From: Mobula hypostoma
Lineage: Eukaryota
Direction of reading: 5' to 3'
Length of the DNA stretch: 64,000 nucleotides
NCBI RefSeq assembly: GCF_963921235.1
Contig: NC_086108.1
Span: 103,418,001 to 103,482,000 of the forward strand
Under the pieces are notes generated by a model that did not search any database, was not told the origin of the DNA, and saw nothing but the letters and a program-made list of their open reading frames with translations. Below, in pieces: positions 62,097 through 64,000 of this stretch (position 1 is the stretch's first letter; each line of letters begins with the position of its first letter). A program made the position numbers and the translations under genes.

Positions 62097-62190
62097 AGAG
62101 TTGCAAGAAAAAGTTCGTGAACCCTTTGCAATTACCTGATTTTCTGTATTAATTACTCATAAAATGTGGTCTGAACTTCATCTAAGTCAG
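62097..62190 (+). mobile_element. Left-end fragment of a Tc1-like transposon
   Basis: AGTTGCAAGAAAAAGTTCGTGAACCCTTTGCAATTACCTGATTTTCTG...AAAATGTGGTCTGAACTTCATCTAAGTCA resembles fish and amphibian Tc1 termini. No partner end seen. Confidence 0.5.
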
Positions 62191-62539
62191 GGCATGAAGA
62201 AATACGGGGAGAAGGCAAAAAAAATCTTGGGGGTCAATGGATCTGTGTCAGACAGAATGCACAGGAATACAGGGAAATATGAGGAGGGAGGTGATGAAAC
62301 CAGCATGAAGACCAGTGAGGATCTGAAGGGTGGAATAGCCTCTTCCTCTGTGGTTTTGTATTTATCTGACAACTTTAAGGTGCTGAATTATTTTTTTGAA
62401 CCCACTTCTTACTTTCCGGGTTTTATTCAGTCAGTTGCATTTTCTCCACAATCATTCAGGCTGTGATTCTACCATCTTGTTAGGAAAGTGCTGAGGAGGG
62501 AGATCCCCACCCCACTCTACTCCATAAACTTTCATGATT

Positions 62540-63095
62540 GCATGACCAAATTCTGATCTAAATCTGAAATAATGATGAATCAGGGTACAGAAAGGAGCTA
62601 GAAAACTGAGGAACATGGTGTCAAGCTAACAACTTTTCCTTTAATGTCAGCAAAACAAAGAAATAGTCAATGACTTCAGGAAGAGAGGCAATACACATGT
62701 TCATAATTACATCAACAGTGCTGAGCTTGAAAGGGTTGGGAGCTTCAAGTTCCTAGGACTGAACATTACCAATAGCCTGTCCTGCTCCCATCACATTGAT
62801 GTCACAGCCAAGAAAGCTCACAGTGCCTCTAAAGAAATCTGGCATGTCCTCTTTGACTCGCGCCAATTTTATTAATGTACCACAGAAAGCATTCTATCTG
62901 GATGCATCACAGCTTGATATGGCAATTGCTCTGCTCGTGACTGCAAGAAACCACAGAGAGTTGAGGACAAAGCTCAGAAAATCACAGAAACCAGTCCACC
63001 TCTCCATGGAACACATACTTCTCACTGCCTTGGTAAAGCAGCTGACATAATAAAAAAAACCCCACCCAAACCAAATATTCCTTCTTCTTCCCCTT
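62540..63095 (+). mobile_element. Rex1/Babar-type LINE fragment
   Basis: GAAAGGGTTGGGAGCTTCAAGTTCCTAGG (ERVGSFKFLG) and GCCAAGAAAGCTCAC, homologous to other copies in the window. Confidence 0.7.
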
Positions 63096-63287
63096 CTCCA
63101 GTGGTATCAAAGGATATGATGAGAAAGTAGGCTGAGTAGGACCCAGGATCAGCCATGATGGAATGGCATAACAGACTTGATGGGCTAAATGGCCTAATTC
63201 TGCTCCTGTATTTTCTGGTTATGAGCAACACACATCAAAGTTGCTGGTGAACGCAGCAGGCCAGGCAGCATCTCTAGGAAGAGGTAC

Positions 63288-63323
63288 AGTCGATGTTTCA
63301 GGCCGAGACCCTTCGTCAGGACT
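63288..63323 (-). ncRNA. Minimal hammerhead motif (AUC triplet)
   Basis: Minus strand: AGTC-CTGACGA-A-GGGT-CTCG-GCCT-GAAAC-ATC-GACT. Confidence 0.7.
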
Positions 63324-63325
63324 AA

Positions 63326-63356
63326 CTGACGAAGGGTCTTGCCTGAAACGTCGACT
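63326..63356 (+). ncRNA. Minimal hammerhead core lacking its 5' helix I strand
   Basis: CTGACGA-A-GGGT-CTT-GCCT-GAAAC-GTC-GACT, preceded by GACTAA instead of TTAGTC. Confidence 0.6.
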
Positions 63357-64000
63357 GTACCTCTTCCTAGAGATACTGCCTGGCCTGCTGCGTTCACCAG
63401 CAACTTTGATGTGTGTTGCTTGAATTTCCAGCATCTGCAGAATTCCTGTTGTTTTTGTTCTTCTGGTTATGACATTGTTTATCGGCACTGCACTTTCTCT
63501 GTCACTCTAACACTTCATTCTGCACTCTGTTATTTTTTACATTAAACTACCTCAATGCACCGTTGAAATGAATGGGTCAGTGTGAATCTTATGCAAGACA
63601 AGTCTTTCACAGTACGTCAATAAATGACAATAATAAAGCAATCCTATTTCAATTCAAATAGAAGGTACCAGAATCACACCCAAAAAGGTCAGAAACATTT
63701 CAAGTTACAAGATTTTAGAAGGTGGGTGCTTTGGTGGTGGTGGGGAAGAGTGGACAGCCGGGACAAAGGGGCTTGTCAAAAAACAAGGAGATTTTCTGTT
63801 TTAATTGCAATTGTCAAATCCAGCATAGAAGGGAGGAGGGGGGAATGTAAGATTCCCACTCTGTAAGAAAAGCAGCCTTGGATTCACACGCACTGATTGT
63901 CAGCAATTAGGAAACATTACAATCTGCAAATGAAACGCTGCTAAGTAGCTCCCCAAAACAATCAACACCAACACTTAAAAATACTTACTGAAGGATCCAA

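Larger units (their letters stand above)
63225..63460. mobile_element. Palindromic non-autonomous Penelope-derived element with two head-to-head hammerhead cores
   Basis: Near-perfect inverted arms of about 95 bp (63224-63319 and 63326-63420) around a 6-bp spacer. 12-bp TSD TTCTGGTTATGA at 63213-63224 and 63461-63472. Confidence 0.88.

Overview
Vertebrate genomic DNA, most likely from a cartilaginous fish (ray or shark). That assignment is inferred from the repeat repertoire: CR1, Rex1/Babar, Penelope-like elements, V-SINEs and a DeuSINE. The only host coding sequence I recognise is the large first coding exon of ZZZ3 (ATAC complex subunit) on the minus strand at 44805-43313; I found no other ZZZ3 coding exon, so most or all of the window is probably ZZZ3 intron. 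The rest is densely nested transposable elements: a near-full-length L1 (open ORF1, broken ORF2), a 3.6-kb CR1, a roughly 3-kb 'YKAQ'-type CR1-related LINE, a Tigger/pogo deletion derivative with a ~300-bp internal hairpin, and many fragments. The most notable signal is at least ten Penelope-like insertions. Eight have readable 8-16 bp target-site duplications, most have inverted arms, and several carry minimal type I hammerhead ribozyme cores; five are non-coding palindromes of about 110-255 bp, one with two head-to-head hammerheads. Family names come from remembered motifs, not database searches, and boundaries of old repeats are approximate.
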